Assembly (NCBI RefSeq): GCF_000620105.1
Contig: NZ_KK211072.1
Span: forward strand, 28,275-52,274
Length of the DNA: 24,000 bases
From: Microvirgula aerodenitrificans DSM 15089
GTDB taxonomy: Bacteria; Pseudomonadota; Gammaproteobacteria; Burkholderiales; Aquaspirillaceae
Reading direction: 5' to 3'
The notes beneath the pieces were generated by a model. The model was given only the letters and a program-made list of their open reading frames with translations, searched no databases and was not told the DNA's origin. Each line of letters starts with the position of its first letter. The stretch's first letter is position 1. The position numbers and the translations under genes were made by a program. This document shows, in pieces, positions 1 to 8,901 of this stretch.

Positions 1-593
1 TCCAGTGTGGCCAGATGCACGTCGCCGGCCTGGTCCGGGCCGTCATGGGTCAGCAGGCCGGGCTTGTCGGCAAGAAAAGTCAGGGTTTCGGTGGCGGCCA
101 CGGCGCAGCCGGTCACCTGGCCGCTCCAGGCGTCGAGTCCGGACGGCACATCGAGCGCCAGCCGGTGGCCGGAGATGCCGTTCAGCCAGTCGATGGCCGC
201 ACAGGCGGCCGCGTCGGGCGCGCGGCGCAGACCGATGCCGAACAGGCCGTCCAGTGCCAGCGCCGGTGCGGTGCGTGGCGCGACAACCAGGGTGACGCCG
301 GCGGCCAGAGCCTGGGCATGGGCACGCCGCGCGTCGTCGGTTGCCGGCTCGCCCAGTGGCAGCCAGGCATCGACGCGATGGCCGCGTGCGGCCAGCCGGG
401 CGGCGGCCAGCAGGGCATCGCCGCCATTGTTGCCGCGTCCGGCCAGCGCCAGGATCGGCTCACCGCGCACGATCCGCTGCTCGACCCGGTCGGCGATGGC
501 GCCGGCCGCACGATCCATCAGCGGCATGCCGGCCTGCCCGGCGAGGGTTTCGATATGGCGCAGCGTGGCAAGCGTGTGGATCGGGCGGTTCAT
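1..593 (-). CDS. nnr: NAD(P)H-hydrate epimerase/dehydratase Nnr (YjeF family), N-terminal part only; the gene runs off the left edge
   Basis: My own minus-strand translation from the ATG at 593-591 gives MNRPIHTLATLRHIETLAGQAGMPLMDRAAGAIADRVEQRIVRGEPILALAGRGNNGGDALLAAARLAARGHRV. This contains the YjeF_N G-x-G-N-N-G-G-D motif. It is absent from the ORF track because there is no stop inside the window. It starts 1 nt after the ubiX stop. Confidence 0.8.
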   Translation of the reverse strand, partial: MNRPIHTLATLRHIETLAGQAGMPLMDRAAGAIADRVEQRIVRGEPILALAGRGNNGGDALLAAARLAARGHRVDAWLPLGEPATDDARRAHAQALAAGVTLVVAPRTAPALALDGLFGIGLRRAPDAAACAAIDWLNGISGHRLALDVPSGLDAWSGQVTGCAVAATETLTFLADKPGLLTHDGPDQAGDVHLATL

Positions 594-594
594 G

Positions 595-1239
595 TCAGTC
601 TCCGGGGGCAGGCGGTGTTGCGGCAGGATCGGCCTCGCCCCAGCGCGCATGCAGCTGGTGCGGCACGCGCAACTGGTCGAGGATGCGGGCGACCACGAAG
701 TCGACCAGGTCGTCGACCGTCTGCGGATGGGTGTAAAAGCCCGGCGATGGCGGCAGGATGATCGCGCCGGCGCGGGCCAGGCTCAGCATGTTTTCCAGAT
801 GGATGACCGAGAACGGCGTTTCGCGCGGCACCAGGATCAGCGGGCGGCGCTCTTTCAGGCTGACGTCGGCGGCGCGTTCGATCAGGTTGTCGGACAGCCC
901 GTGGGCGATGGCTGCCAGCGTGCCCATCGAGCACGGGCAGACCACCATCGCATCGGACGGATTCGAGCCGCTGGCGACCGGGGCGAACCATTCGTCGCGA
1001 CCATAGACCGCCAGCTGGCCGTCTGCGGCGTGAAAGCGGGCGGCAAGGTCGCGCTGGACCCCGGCCGGGCGGGACGGCAGGGTCCAGCCCATTTCCTGCC
1101 GGGCGACGATCTGTGCCGCCTGTGAATACAGCAGCCGGACGTGGACGCCAGCCTGCAGCAGGGTGTCGAGCAGGCGCAGCCCGTACGGCAGGCCGGAGGC
1201 ACCGGTCAGGGCCAGAGTAACAGTGGCGGGAGGGGTCAT
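595..1239 (-). CDS. ubiX: Flavin prenyltransferase UbiX
   Basis: 214-aa ORF. The N-terminal LALTGASG flavoprotein fold motif, the PCSMGTLAAIAHG motif and the length are typical of UbiX/Pad1. The ATG overlaps the upstream gene's stop (ATGA). Confidence 0.92.
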   Translation of the reverse strand: MTPPATVTLALTGASGLPYGLRLLDTLLQAGVHVRLLYSQAAQIVARQEMGWTLPSRPAGVQRDLAARFHAADGQLAVYGRDEWFAPVASGSNPSDAMVVCPCSMGTLAAIAHGLSDNLIERAADVSLKERRPLILVPRETPFSVIHLENMLSLARAGAIILPPSPGFYTHPQTVDDLVDFVVARILDQLRVPHQLHARWGEADPAATPPAPGD

Positions 1240-1757
1240 TGGGGGCGTGAAGCGAGCAGTCGGGTGGTCATGATACCGTTCAGCGTGCCGGTGACGAAGG
1301 CGGCGGCGGCAAACAGCGGGACGAAATAGCCGAGGCCGTTGCTCGGAATCAGCCAGAGTCTGGCCAGCAGCAGCTGGCCGCCGATATGGCAGAACGCGGC
1401 AATCAGCGACAGGGTGACCGGGCCGAACAGGCGGCGGGGCAGGCGATGGGCGAGCGCCAGCCCGAGCAGGCTGGCCGCCCCCCCGGCCGCGCTGAGGAAG
1501 AAGCCCGGGGTGAACAGACTGCCGAGCAGCAGCGCGGCAGCGAAAATGCGCAGGACGCTGACAGCGATGGCGGCGCGCAGGCCGAGCCGTTCCAGTGCCA
1601 GCAGGGTGACAATATTGGCAAAACCGGGCTTGATGCCGGGCAGCGGCGTCGGAATGCCGGCGTCGAACAGCGCCAGCACGATGGCCAGCGCGGCCAGCCG
1701 CGCCAGACGACGATCGGCCGGCAGGGCGTGCAGCTCGATGACGCGCTCAGTAGCCAA
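1236..1757 (-). CDS. Gx transporter family membrane protein (PF07456-like, formerly 'heptaprenyl diphosphate synthase component I')
   Basis: Polytopic hydrophobic protein containing ...IPTPLPGIKPGFANIVTLLALERLG.... It is paired with a NusG-II-domain gene, as is usual for this family. The track ORF (1236..1931) is open upstream, but that part overlaps the NusG-II gene. I place the start at the TTG at 1757, which lies 10 nt after an AGGAG. The start codon remains uncertain. Confidence 0.7.
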   Translation of the reverse strand: MATERVIELHALPADRRLARLAALAIVLALFDAGIPTPLPGIKPGFANIVTLLALERLGLRAAIAVSVLRIFAAALLLGSLFTPGFFLSAAGGAASLLGLALAHRLPRRLFGPVTLSLIAAFCHIGGQLLLARLWLIPSNGLGYFVPLFAAAAFVTGTLNGIMTTRLLASRPQ

Positions 1758-2112
1758 GGCTGTCGTACTCCTGTTGCCGGCGCAGGACTTCGATGCTGGT
1801 CCGGTTCGGCAGGCAGATCGCCATTTCGCCGGGGCGGGACAGCCAGCCGTGGCGCACGCAGTACTGGCGCGGGCTGGGATCGGTGGCGATACGGGCACGC
1901 CCGTTGCGGACTTCGACCACGGTGGTGCCAAGCGGGCCGGGCACTGACAGGGTGCGGTTCAGCCGCAACGGCAGGTCTTCGACCACCCGGCCATCGGCGC
2001 GCACGCGCAGGGTCTCGCCGATGCCGTCACGCCAGAAGTGCAGGGCGCTGGCGACGACCAGCGCAGCGCCGAGCAGCAGCGCAAGCGCGTCGCCGGCGCG
2101 GAGTGGAATCAT
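1747..2112 (-). CDS. NusG domain II-containing protein (DUF1312)
   Basis: 121-aa ORF with an N-terminal signal/anchor helix (ALALLLGAALVVASAL) followed by a beta-rich domain. It ends with ...CVRHGWLSRPGEMAICLPNRTSIEV, which resembles the conserved C-x(4)-G-W...C-L-P-N segment of this family. Its ATG overlaps the rapZ stop (ATGA). Confidence 0.7.
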   Translation of the reverse strand: MIPLRAGDALALLLGAALVVASALHFWRDGIGETLRVRADGRVVEDLPLRLNRTLSVPGPLGTTVVEVRNGRARIATDPSPRQYCVRHGWLSRPGEMAICLPNRTSIEVLRRQQEYDSLGY

Positions 2113-2954
2113 GCTTCGTCGAGTTCGCGATGGCGGACCAGTACCGTCTGCTCGCCCTGGCGCAGGCGGGCGGCGAGGCGTTCGCCGAGATAGACCGAGC
2201 GGTGCTGGCCGCCGGTGCAGCCGATGGCGACGGTCAGGTAATTGCGGTTGTCGAGACGGAAGGCCGGCAGCCAGCGTTCGATCAGCCCGGCGATGTCGTC
2301 CTCCATCTGGCCGACTTGCGGCTCGGCGGCAAGAAAGGCAGCTATCGGGGCATCGCGGCCGGTCATCGGCCGCAGCTCCGGGTCGTAGTACGGGTTTGGC
2401 AGACAGCGGGTATCGAACACGAAATCGGCGTCGAGCGGCACGCCATGCTTGAAGCCGAACGACTGGATGATCAGCACCAGCGAGCCGATGTCGAGCGACA
2501 CGAAGGTACGCACATAACGGCGCAGCTGGTTGGCGGACAGGTCGCTGGTGTCGATGCGATGGCCGAGCTCGGCGACATCGCCCAGCATCTGCCGCTCCTG
2601 GGCCACGGATTCGGGAATGGTCAGCGCGCAGCCGGACAGCGGGTGGCGGCGGCGGGTTTCGGAAAAGCGGCGGATCAGGGTATCGGTCTGCGCGTCGAGG
2701 AACAGCACGCGGACGTCGTCACCGCTGGCGCGCAGCGTGTCCAGCGCCGCCGGCAGCGCACCGAGTGCGGCCGCGGAGCGGGTATCGACGCTGATGGCGA
2801 CATGGTCGTAGCCGAACGGGCGCACCTGCTCGACCACGCTGGTCAGCAGGCTGGCCGGCAGGTTGTCGATGCAATAGAAACCGCTGTCCTCGAGCATGCG
2901 CAAGGCGATGCTCTTGCCCGAGCCGGACAGTCCGCTAATCAGGATCAGCTGCAT
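2109..2954 (-). CDS. rapZ: RNase adapter protein RapZ (YhbJ)
   Basis: 281 aa with an N-terminal Walker A ([33 protein letters not shown]) and the C-terminal CTGGQHRS motif. It sits in the conserved position after hprK/ptsN. Confidence 0.93.
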   Translation of the reverse strand: MQLILISGLSGSGKSIALRMLEDSGFYCIDNLPASLLTSVVEQVRPFGYDHVAISVDTRSAAALGALPAALDTLRASGDDVRVLFLDAQTDTLIRRFSETRRRHPLSGCALTIPESVAQERQMLGDVAELGHRIDTSDLSANQLRRYVRTFVSLDIGSLVLIIQSFGFKHGVPLDADFVFDTRCLPNPYYDPELRPMTGRDAPIAAFLAAEPQVGQMEDDIAGLIERWLPAFRLDNRNYLTVAIGCTGGQHRSVYLGERLAARLRQGEQTVLVRHRELDEA

Positions 2955-3891
2955 TTTCCTGCTCCCTCAACATGCGCGTCTGCCGTTCGATGAAGTCGCG
3001 CGTGCTGTCGATGCCCCTGAGCTGGAGAATGTAATTGCGAACGGCGGTTTCGACCAGCACGCCCAGGTTGCGACCGGCAGCCACCGGAATGGTGACCTTG
3101 CGGATTTTGACGTTCAGGACTTCCTGCGTTTCCGACTGGATGGCCAGCCGGTCGATGTCCTGCATGATCTGGTCGGTGGCCTTGACCAGATGGATGATCA
3201 GTTTGAGGATCTTTTTCGGCCGGATGGCGGTTTCGCCAAACACCGTGCGGATATTGAGGATGCCGAGGCCGCGCACTTCAAGGAAGTCGCGCAGCATGTC
3301 CGGGCAGCGTCCTTCCAGGGTTTCCGGGCCGATGCGGAACAGGTCGACCGCGTCGTCGGCCACCAGGCCGTGGCCGCGGGAAATCAGTTCCAGTGCCAGT
3401 TCGCTCTTGCCCATCGCGCTGTCGCCGGTAATCAGCACGCCGACCTCGAGCACGTCGAGGAACACGCCGTGCAGCACGGTGGACACCGCCAGGACTCGCG
3501 CCAGGTAGATGCGCATCACGTCCATCAGGTACGGCGAGGCCTGGCTCGAGGCGATCAGCGGCACGCGCTGGTGTTCGCAGGCGGCCTTCAGTGCGGCCGG
3601 AACCGGCTGGCCGTTGGCGACGATGATGGCCGACATCGGCAGCCGGAACAGCTGCTCCAGCGCTTCGCGGGCCGCGTCCTGTCCCAGCTGGTTCAGGTAG
3701 TCGCATTCGGCGACGCCGAGCACCTGCAGGCTGTTCGGGTGGATCAGGTTCAGGTGGCCGACCAGGGCCAGGGTTGGCCGCTGGTCGTCGGTGCCGATCA
3801 GGTTGTCGATGCCGGACGAGCCGGCGACCCAGTTCAGATTGAGTTTCTGCCGGTTGTCCTGATAAAGCTTCCTGACCGTGATGCTAGGCAT
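2935..3891 (-). CDS. hprK: HPr kinase/phosphorylase
   Basis: 318 aa with the Walker [20 protein letters not shown] and the HprK signature region [11 protein letters not shown]. It overlaps ptsN by 8 nt and rapZ by 20 nt. Confidence 0.93.
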   Translation of the reverse strand: MPSITVRKLYQDNRQKLNLNWVAGSSGIDNLIGTDDQRPTLALVGHLNLIHPNSLQVLGVAECDYLNQLGQDAAREALEQLFRLPMSAIIVANGQPVPAALKAACEHQRVPLIASSQASPYLMDVMRIYLARVLAVSTVLHGVFLDVLEVGVLITGDSAMGKSELALELISRGHGLVADDAVDLFRIGPETLEGRCPDMLRDFLEVRGLGILNIRTVFGETAIRPKKILKLIIHLVKATDQIMQDIDRLAIQSETQEVLNVKIRKVTIPVAAGRNLGVLVETAVRNYILQLRGIDSTRDFIERQTRMLREQENAADPD

Positions 3892-4351
3892 GGCTGTCCT
3901 GCTGGGTGGTCAGAAGCTGGAACAGGGTCTGGGCATCCGGTGCGGCGGCCAGCGCTTCGCGCAGCTGGCGGCGGCTGAACATCTGTGCGAGTTCCGACAG
4001 TACCTGCAGATGCAGGTCGGTTGCCTGCTCGGGCACCAGCAGCACGAACAGCAGGCTGACCGGCTTGCCATCGGGCGAGTCGAACGGAATCGGGGATTTC
4101 AGGCGGATGAAGCAGCCGGCGACGTCCTTGAGCCCCTTGGCGCGACCGTGCGGGATGGCAACCCCGTGACCGAGTCCGGTGGAGCCGAGTTTTTCCCGGG
4201 CGAACAGGCTGTCGAAAACGGTGCTGCGGGCAATGCCGTAGGCGTTCTCGAACAGGATGCCGACATGCTCGAACACGCGTTTCTTGCTGCTGACGTCGAG
4301 ATCGACGAGCAGGTGGTCGGTGCTGGGCAGGATCTTTGCGATCAGACTCAT
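3884..4351 (-). CDS. ptsN: Nitrogen-PTS enzyme IIA (PtsN, EIIA-Ntr)
   Basis: PTS EIIA type-2 domain with the phosphorylatable His context [13 protein letters not shown] place the start at the ATG at 4351. The track's start at 4360 is a TTG three codons upstream and is the alternative. Confidence 0.9.
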   Translation of the reverse strand: MSLIAKILPSTDHLLVDLDVSSKKRVFEHVGILFENAYGIARSTVFDSLFAREKLGSTGLGHGVAIPHGRAKGLKDVAGCFIRLKSPIPFDSPDGKPVSLLFVLLVPEQATDLHLQVLSELAQMFSRRQLREALAAAPDAQTLFQLLTTQQDSHA

Positions 4352-4518
4352 GGTCGTCAACGAGTACGAGTAATCAAAACGGGGCCATTCTAGCCGGTTA
4401 CGGCGGGAGCGTCTGCCGCATTAGTGGGCACCCCGGCCGGTCTGCACCAGCAAAGGGCAGACCGGCAGCGGAATGCCTGTGCCGGCACCCCTCCGGGCGC
4501 GAGGGCCCGCAATCAAAC

Positions 4519-4548
4519 GGGGGGACTGCCGTTTCCGGCAGTCCCCCC
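4519..4548 (-). terminator. GC-rich hairpin downstream of hpf (candidate intrinsic terminator)
   Basis: Perfect 12-13 bp stem (ggggggactgcc / ggcagtcccccc) around a 4-6 nt loop, about 70 nt after the hpf stop. On the minus strand it is followed by GTTTGATT, which is a weak U-tract. Confidence 0.5.
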
Positions 4549-4616
4549 CTTTCAGTCAGGCCTGAGCCAGCGGCACGACGACCGCGGGCGCTTGCCCTTG
4601 TGAGTCTTCTTCAGGC

Positions 4617-4955
4617 TCAGGCTTCGGAGCCGGCGGACAGCTCCTGTGCCTTGTGCGCCTTGTCCGAGAAGTGATCCGTACTCTTCTCCTTGTGCTTCAG
4701 CACCTGTCTGTCCAGCTTGTCGGCAACCAGGTCAATGGCCGCATACATGTCGGCTGCGACTTCCTCGACGTGGATGTCCTTGCCCTTCAGGTGAACGTCG
4801 ACCGTCACTTTCTGGTCGAGTTTCTCGACCGAGAGGGCGACGTTGACGGCAATGACGTTATCGACGTGGCGGGTGATGCGGTCGATTTTTTCCGACAGGT
4901 AGTCGCGCAGGCTCGGAGTGACTTCGAGATGGACGCCGGTGATGTTCAGGTTCAT
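4617..4955 (-). CDS. hpf: Ribosome hibernation promoting factor (sigma-54 modulation protein family)
   Basis: 112 aa starting MNLNITGVHLEVTPSLRDYLSEKIDRITRH..., typical of HPF/YhbH. A GAAGGAG Shine-Dalgarno lies upstream. The gene sits immediately downstream of rpoN. Confidence 0.93.
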   Translation of the reverse strand: MNLNITGVHLEVTPSLRDYLSEKIDRITRHVDNVIAVNVALSVEKLDQKVTVDVHLKGKDIHVEEVAADMYAAIDLVADKLDRQVLKHKEKSTDHFSDKAHKAQELSAGSEA

Positions 4956-5025
4956 ACCCTAACTCCTTCTGGTGGGCTGGCGTATCCATGTTGCTGGATA
5001 CGCAGGGGGCGCGCCTTGACGCGCG

Positions 5026-6471
5026 TTAAATCGTTTTCCGCTGGTTTACCGGTGGTATCAGCAATGCCTCGCGATACTTGGCGACGGTGCGGCGGGCAAC
5101 CTGGATGCCCTCGTCACCGAGCCGTTCGGCCAGCACGCTGTCCGACAGCGGTTTGTGCGGGTCTTCGTCGGCAATCAGCTTGCGCAACCGCGCCTTGATG
5201 GCGGTAGCCGAGCATTCGCCGCCGGAATCGGTGTCCAGCGCCGTGCCGAAGAAGTACTTGAGTTCGAACACGCCACGCGGACAGATCAGATACTTGCTGC
5301 TGGTCACGCGGGAGATGGTCGACTCGTGCAATCCCAATTCGTCGGCGACGTCGCGCAGCACCATGGGGCGCATTGCGACTTCACCCTGATCAAAGAACGC
5401 CTGCTGTCGCTCGACGATGACCTGCGACACTCTGAGTATAGTGTCGGCCCGCTGTTCGATGTTGCGGATCAGCCACTTGGCTTCCTGCAGCCGGCCGGAC
5501 AATTGTCCGGCCTCGCCGCGGTGCCGGCTGAGCATCTGCGCGTACAGCTGATTTACTTTCAATTTGGGCTGAGTCGCAGGATTCAAGAGGGGCAGCCAGA
5601 TTCCGTTGCGATCGCGACGGACCAGCACGTCGGCCATCACGTAGTGGGTGTCGCCGCTGCCGAAACCGGCGGCCGGACGCGGGTTCAGCGAGGCGATCAG
5701 CGCCTGGGCCTGCCGGATCGATTCGTCGTCGGCGCCGGTGGCGCGGCGCAGCCGGGTGAAGTCGCGGTTGGCGAGCAGCGGCAGGTGGTGGCGGACGATG
5801 TCCTGCGCCAGCGGCCTGGCCGGCGACTCGGGCCGGGCCGCCAGTTGCAGCAGCAGCGATTCGGTCAGATCGCGCGAGGCGACACCGGCCGGCTCGAACT
5901 GCTGGACCAGGGTCAGCGCCACGGTCAGCTCGTCGGGATCGATCTCCAGTTCCGCCGGCAGATGGACGGCAAGCTCTTCCAGCGGGCAGGGCAGGTAGCC
6001 GTCGTCGTCCAGTTCCTCGATGATGACCATCGCCATTGCCCGGTCGCGGACCGACAGCGGCAGCTCGGCCAGTTGCGCCAGCAGATGCTCGCGCAGCGTG
6101 GTGGCCCGGGTCAGGTTCTGGTGCGGGTCCCAGTCGTCGTCTTCGTCGCTGCCGTTGCGGCCGTAGCTGGACCAGTCGTTGACCAGGTTCAGGTCGGTGG
6201 CGCTGTCGTCGTTGCCGCCGGCCCCGTCCTGCTGCTGCGGTGGCTCACGCGGCTCGTCATGGCCGTTGATGGCAATCTCGCCGGCATCGCTGACTTCCGC
6301 GCCGTTTTCGTCACGGCCCTCGTCGCGCTCCAGCAGCGGATTGTCGGCGATGAACTGTTCCACTTCCTGTTGCAAGTCCAGCGTCGAGAGCTGCAGCAGC
6401 CGGATCGACTGTTGCAGTTGGGGCGTAAGGGTCAGTTGCTGACCCAGCTTGAGCTGGAGGCTTTGCTTCAT
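5026..6471 (-). CDS. rpoN: RNA polymerase sigma-54 factor RpoN
   Basis: 481 aa. It has the N-terminal region I (MKQSLQLKLGQQLTLTPQLQQSIRLLQLSTLDLQQEV), an acidic region II, and the C-terminal RpoN box ARRTVAKYRE. Confidence 0.97.
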   Translation of the reverse strand: MKQSLQLKLGQQLTLTPQLQQSIRLLQLSTLDLQQEVEQFIADNPLLERDEGRDENGAEVSDAGEIAINGHDEPREPPQQQDGAGGNDDSATDLNLVNDWSSYGRNGSDEDDDWDPHQNLTRATTLREHLLAQLAELPLSVRDRAMAMVIIEELDDDGYLPCPLEELAVHLPAELEIDPDELTVALTLVQQFEPAGVASRDLTESLLLQLAARPESPARPLAQDIVRHHLPLLANRDFTRLRRATGADDESIRQAQALIASLNPRPAAGFGSGDTHYVMADVLVRRDRNGIWLPLLNPATQPKLKVNQLYAQMLSRHRGEAGQLSGRLQEAKWLIRNIEQRADTILRVSQVIVERQQAFFDQGEVAMRPMVLRDVADELGLHESTISRVTSSKYLICPRGVFELKYFFGTALDTDSGGECSATAIKARLRKLIADEDPHKPLSDSVLAERLGDEGIQVARRTVAKYREALLIPPVNQRKTI

Positions 6472-6480
6472 GGCCGCTGT

Positions 6481-7215
6481 CTAGAGGTGGAAATGCTCGC
6501 CCAGGTAGACGCGGCGGACATTTTCGTCCTCGACCAGCGCCTGGGGCTTGCCGGCGGCAAGTACGCTGCCGGCATTGATAATGTAAGCCCGATCGCAGAT
6601 GCGCAGGGTTTCGCGAACATTGTGATCGGTGATCAGTACGCCGATGCCGCGCTCCTTCAGGTAGGAGATGATCTTCTGGATATCGATGACGGCAATCGGG
6701 TCAACGCCGGCAAACGGTTCGTCCAGCAGGATGAAACGCGGGCGCATGGCCAGCGCGCGGGCGATTTCCACCCGGCGGCGCTCGCCGCCGGACAGCGACA
6801 GCGCCGGGTTGTCGCGCAGGTGGGCGATGTTCAGATCGTCGAGCAGCAGCTCCAGTTCTTCCTGGATCTTCGCCCCTTTCAGTCCGGTCAGCTCGAGCAC
6901 GGCGAGAATGTTTTCCTCAACCGTGAGCTTGCGGAAGATCGAGGCTTCCTGCGGCAGATAGCCGATGCCGAGCCGGGCACGCTGGTGGATGGCCAGATGG
7001 CTGGCATCGATATCGTCGATATGGATGTCGCCGGCATCGGCCGGCACCAGGCCGACGATCATGTAGAAACTGGTTGTCTTGCCGGCACCATTCGGACCGA
7101 GCAGACCGACGACCTCACCGCTGTTGATTTCCAGCGAGACATCCTGGACCACCGTGCGCTTCTTGTAGCGCTTCTGCAGGTGGCGGACGCTGAGGCGACT
7201 GGTGGCTTGCGTCAT
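6481..7215 (-). CDS. lptB: LPS export ABC transporter ATP-binding protein LptB
   Basis: 244 aa with Walker A (GPNGAGKTT), the ABC signature (LSGGERRR) and Walker B (ILLDEP). It lies between lptA and rpoN as in other proteobacteria. Confidence 0.97.
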   Translation of the reverse strand: MTQATSRLSVRHLQKRYKKRTVVQDVSLEINSGEVVGLLGPNGAGKTTSFYMIVGLVPADAGDIHIDDIDASHLAIHQRARLGIGYLPQEASIFRKLTVEENILAVLELTGLKGAKIQEELELLLDDLNIAHLRDNPALSLSGGERRRVEIARALAMRPRFILLDEPFAGVDPIAVIDIQKIISYLKERGIGVLITDHNVRETLRICDRAYIINAGSVLAAGKPQALVEDENVRRVYLGEHFHL

Positions 7216-7781
7216 TTATTGGCGCCTTCCTTCTTTTCACGCGGCTGGATCACCACGGTGACACGGCCCTTGCCGCCCTTCATTGCCTGGCCATGGGCAT
7301 CGCTGCGGGTGCCGGTGGCCTGGAATTGCTGGGTCTTGCCGTCGTAGATGATCACATTGCCGGTGACGACGTCGCCACCGCGCTGAACTCTGCCGTTGTC
7401 ATAGATTGTAACCAGTTGCTTGGCGTTGTCGTAGTCAATGCGCTGGCCCTTGCCGTTGATCCACTCGACCTTGCCGTCGCTGTCAGGGTCGAGGCGCTGG
7501 CGGAAGGTGGCCGGGTTGCCGATGGCGGTGCCGTACTGGTTGCCGGCCTTGTCCTGGTTCACCGTCAGTTTGGCGGCGGTCAGCTTCGATGTGCCCTGGG
7601 TCAGGATCACATTGCCTTCGTAGACGGTCACGCCCTTCTGCTGGTCGAGACTGGCCTGGTCGGCTTCGATATTGATCGGTTTGCTGCGGTCGGCCTTTTC
7701 GGCATGGGCGGCGAGGGCGCTGCAGACGATCAGGGCACCTGCGGCGAGGCGGAAGGAATTATTCGGATTTCGGCGGAGCAT
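7212..7781 (-). CDS. lptA: LPS transport periplasmic protein LptA
   Basis: 189 aa with a signal peptide ([12 protein letters not shown]) and an OstA-like repeated beta-jellyroll sequence ([28 protein letters not shown]). Its stop overlaps the lptB start. Confidence 0.9.
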   Translation of the reverse strand: MLRRNPNNSFRLAAGALIVCSALAAHAEKADRSKPINIEADQASLDQQKGVTVYEGNVILTQGTSKLTAAKLTVNQDKAGNQYGTAIGNPATFRQRLDPDSDGKVEWINGKGQRIDYDNAKQLVTIYDNGRVQRGGDVVTGNVIIYDGKTQQFQATGTRSDAHGQAMKGGKGRVTVVIQPREKKEGANK

Positions 7782-8346
7782 AAGTCATCCTGACGCGCGA
7801 TTTGAGTTTGTATTGTTGGGTGGCATCGGCGTAGTGGAAACCCACCGAGTCAATGCGGTTGCCGCCTTCGACGTAGATTGCCGGCGCCAGGGTGTCGGCG
7901 GTGCGCTTGCGCGTATCGACGGTCAAGCGGGTGGTGTCCAGCGTGGCCGGCAGCGGATGCTGCGCCGAAGGCTCTCGCCGGGCGCGGACCTTGCCGTCGA
8001 GGAAGGCGATGCCGGTATCGTTGTTGTACAGGCCGCTGGTGGTAAAGATCGACAGATCCTTCCGTCCCAGGCTGTACTGTTCCAGCGTCGAGTCGGTAAA
8101 GAATACCCGCTTGTCTTCCGGATATTGCCACATGGATTTGCCGAAGGCGTGGCGGTCGATGCGGCCATTGGCGTCGAAGCTGGTGCCGACAAAGTCGGAC
8201 GCCATGTACTCGACCGTACCGCGGTTGACCGGGTCGCGGCCGGCCGGCAGCATCGACAGCAGGTATTCCAGCCACAGCGTCAGCAGGATCAGGATCACGG
8301 CCAGCAGCAGCGGGAACAGGCGCGAGGCATTGCGGAGTGCGAACAT
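7759..8346 (-). CDS. lptC: LPS export system protein LptC
   Basis: 195 aa with a single N-terminal membrane anchor (LFPLLLAVILILLTLWL) followed by a periplasmic domain. It holds the conserved kdsC-lptC-lptA position. Confidence 0.85.
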   Translation of the reverse strand: MFALRNASRLFPLLLAVILILLTLWLEYLLSMLPAGRDPVNRGTVEYMASDFVGTSFDANGRIDRHAFGKSMWQYPEDKRVFFTDSTLEQYSLGRKDLSIFTTSGLYNNDTGIAFLDGKVRARREPSAQHPLPATLDTTRLTVDTRKRTADTLAPAIYVEGGNRIDSVGFHYADATQQYKLKSRVRMTYAPPKSE

Positions 8347-8349
8347 GGC

Positions 8350-8901
8350 TCAGTCTTCCAGGTACGGCGCGAGCGCCGCGTCCAGCGTGCCCTGGGCCTG
8401 CATGATCAGTTCACAGACTTCGCGCACCGCGCCGTGGCCGCCATGGCGACCGGTCACGTAGTGGGCGTGGCTGCGCACGATATCGGGCGCGGCCGGCACC
8501 GCGACGGCGAAGCCGACCTGGCGCATGACCGGCAGGTCGACCACGTCGTCACCGACATAGGCACAGGCGGCCGCGTCGAGCCCGGTTCTGGCCAGCAGAT
8601 CGGCGAATGCGGCGCGCTTGCCTTCCGACCCCATGTACAGGTGATCGATGCCGAGCGCGCGCGCGCGATGCTCGGTGGCGCCGGAGGCGCGGCCGGTGAT
8701 GATGGCAAGGGCGACGCCGCTTTTCTGCAGCATCTTCAGGCCGTGGCCGTCGAGGGTGTTGAATGCCTTGATTTCCTCGCCGGCCGGCGTGAAATACAGC
8801 TGGCCGTCGGTCAGGACGCCGTCGACGTCGAGGATCAGCAGGCGGACGGGAACTGCGAGTGCATGGACAGTGTGCATAGTCAGTATCGTGTTACACCACA
8901 C
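8350..8901 (-). CDS. kdsC: 3-deoxy-D-manno-octulosonate 8-phosphate phosphatase KdsC
   Basis: HAD motif I (LLILDVDGVLTDG) plus GDDVVDLPVM and GGHGAVREVCELI. The track start at 8901 is a GTG that overlaps kdsD by 11 nt. The ATG at 8877 (MHTVHAL...) is an equally plausible start. Confidence 0.9.
   Translation of the reverse strand: MWCNTILTMHTVHALAVPVRLLILDVDGVLTDGQLYFTPAGEEIKAFNTLDGHGLKMLQKSGVALAIITGRASGATEHRARALGIDHLYMGSEGKRAAFADLLARTGLDAAACAYVGDDVVDLPVMRQVGFAVAVPAAPDIVRSHAHYVTGRHGGHGAVREVCELIMQAQGTLDAALAPYLED

Noticed and set aside
1758-1931. N-terminal 58 aa of the 231-aa track ORF for the Gx transporter
   Set aside because: This part overlaps the NusG-II gene in another frame and is Pro/Ala/Ser/Cys-rich. 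The family-conserved sequence starts after the TTG at 1757, which has an AGGAG 10 nt upstream.
7-2993. Long + strand ORFs (372 aa at 7..1125, 535 aa at 1386..2993, and others) across the nnr-ubiX-rapZ region
   Set aside because: They are antisense to conserved, tightly packed minus-strand genes. The sequences are Arg/Ala/Gly-rich with no domain signatures.
5155-7347. 730-aa + strand ORF antisense to rpoN and lptB
   Set aside because: It lies opposite two unambiguous conserved genes. It has no recognisable motifs and an Arg/Ala/Gly/Gln-rich composition typical of antisense frames in high-GC DNA.
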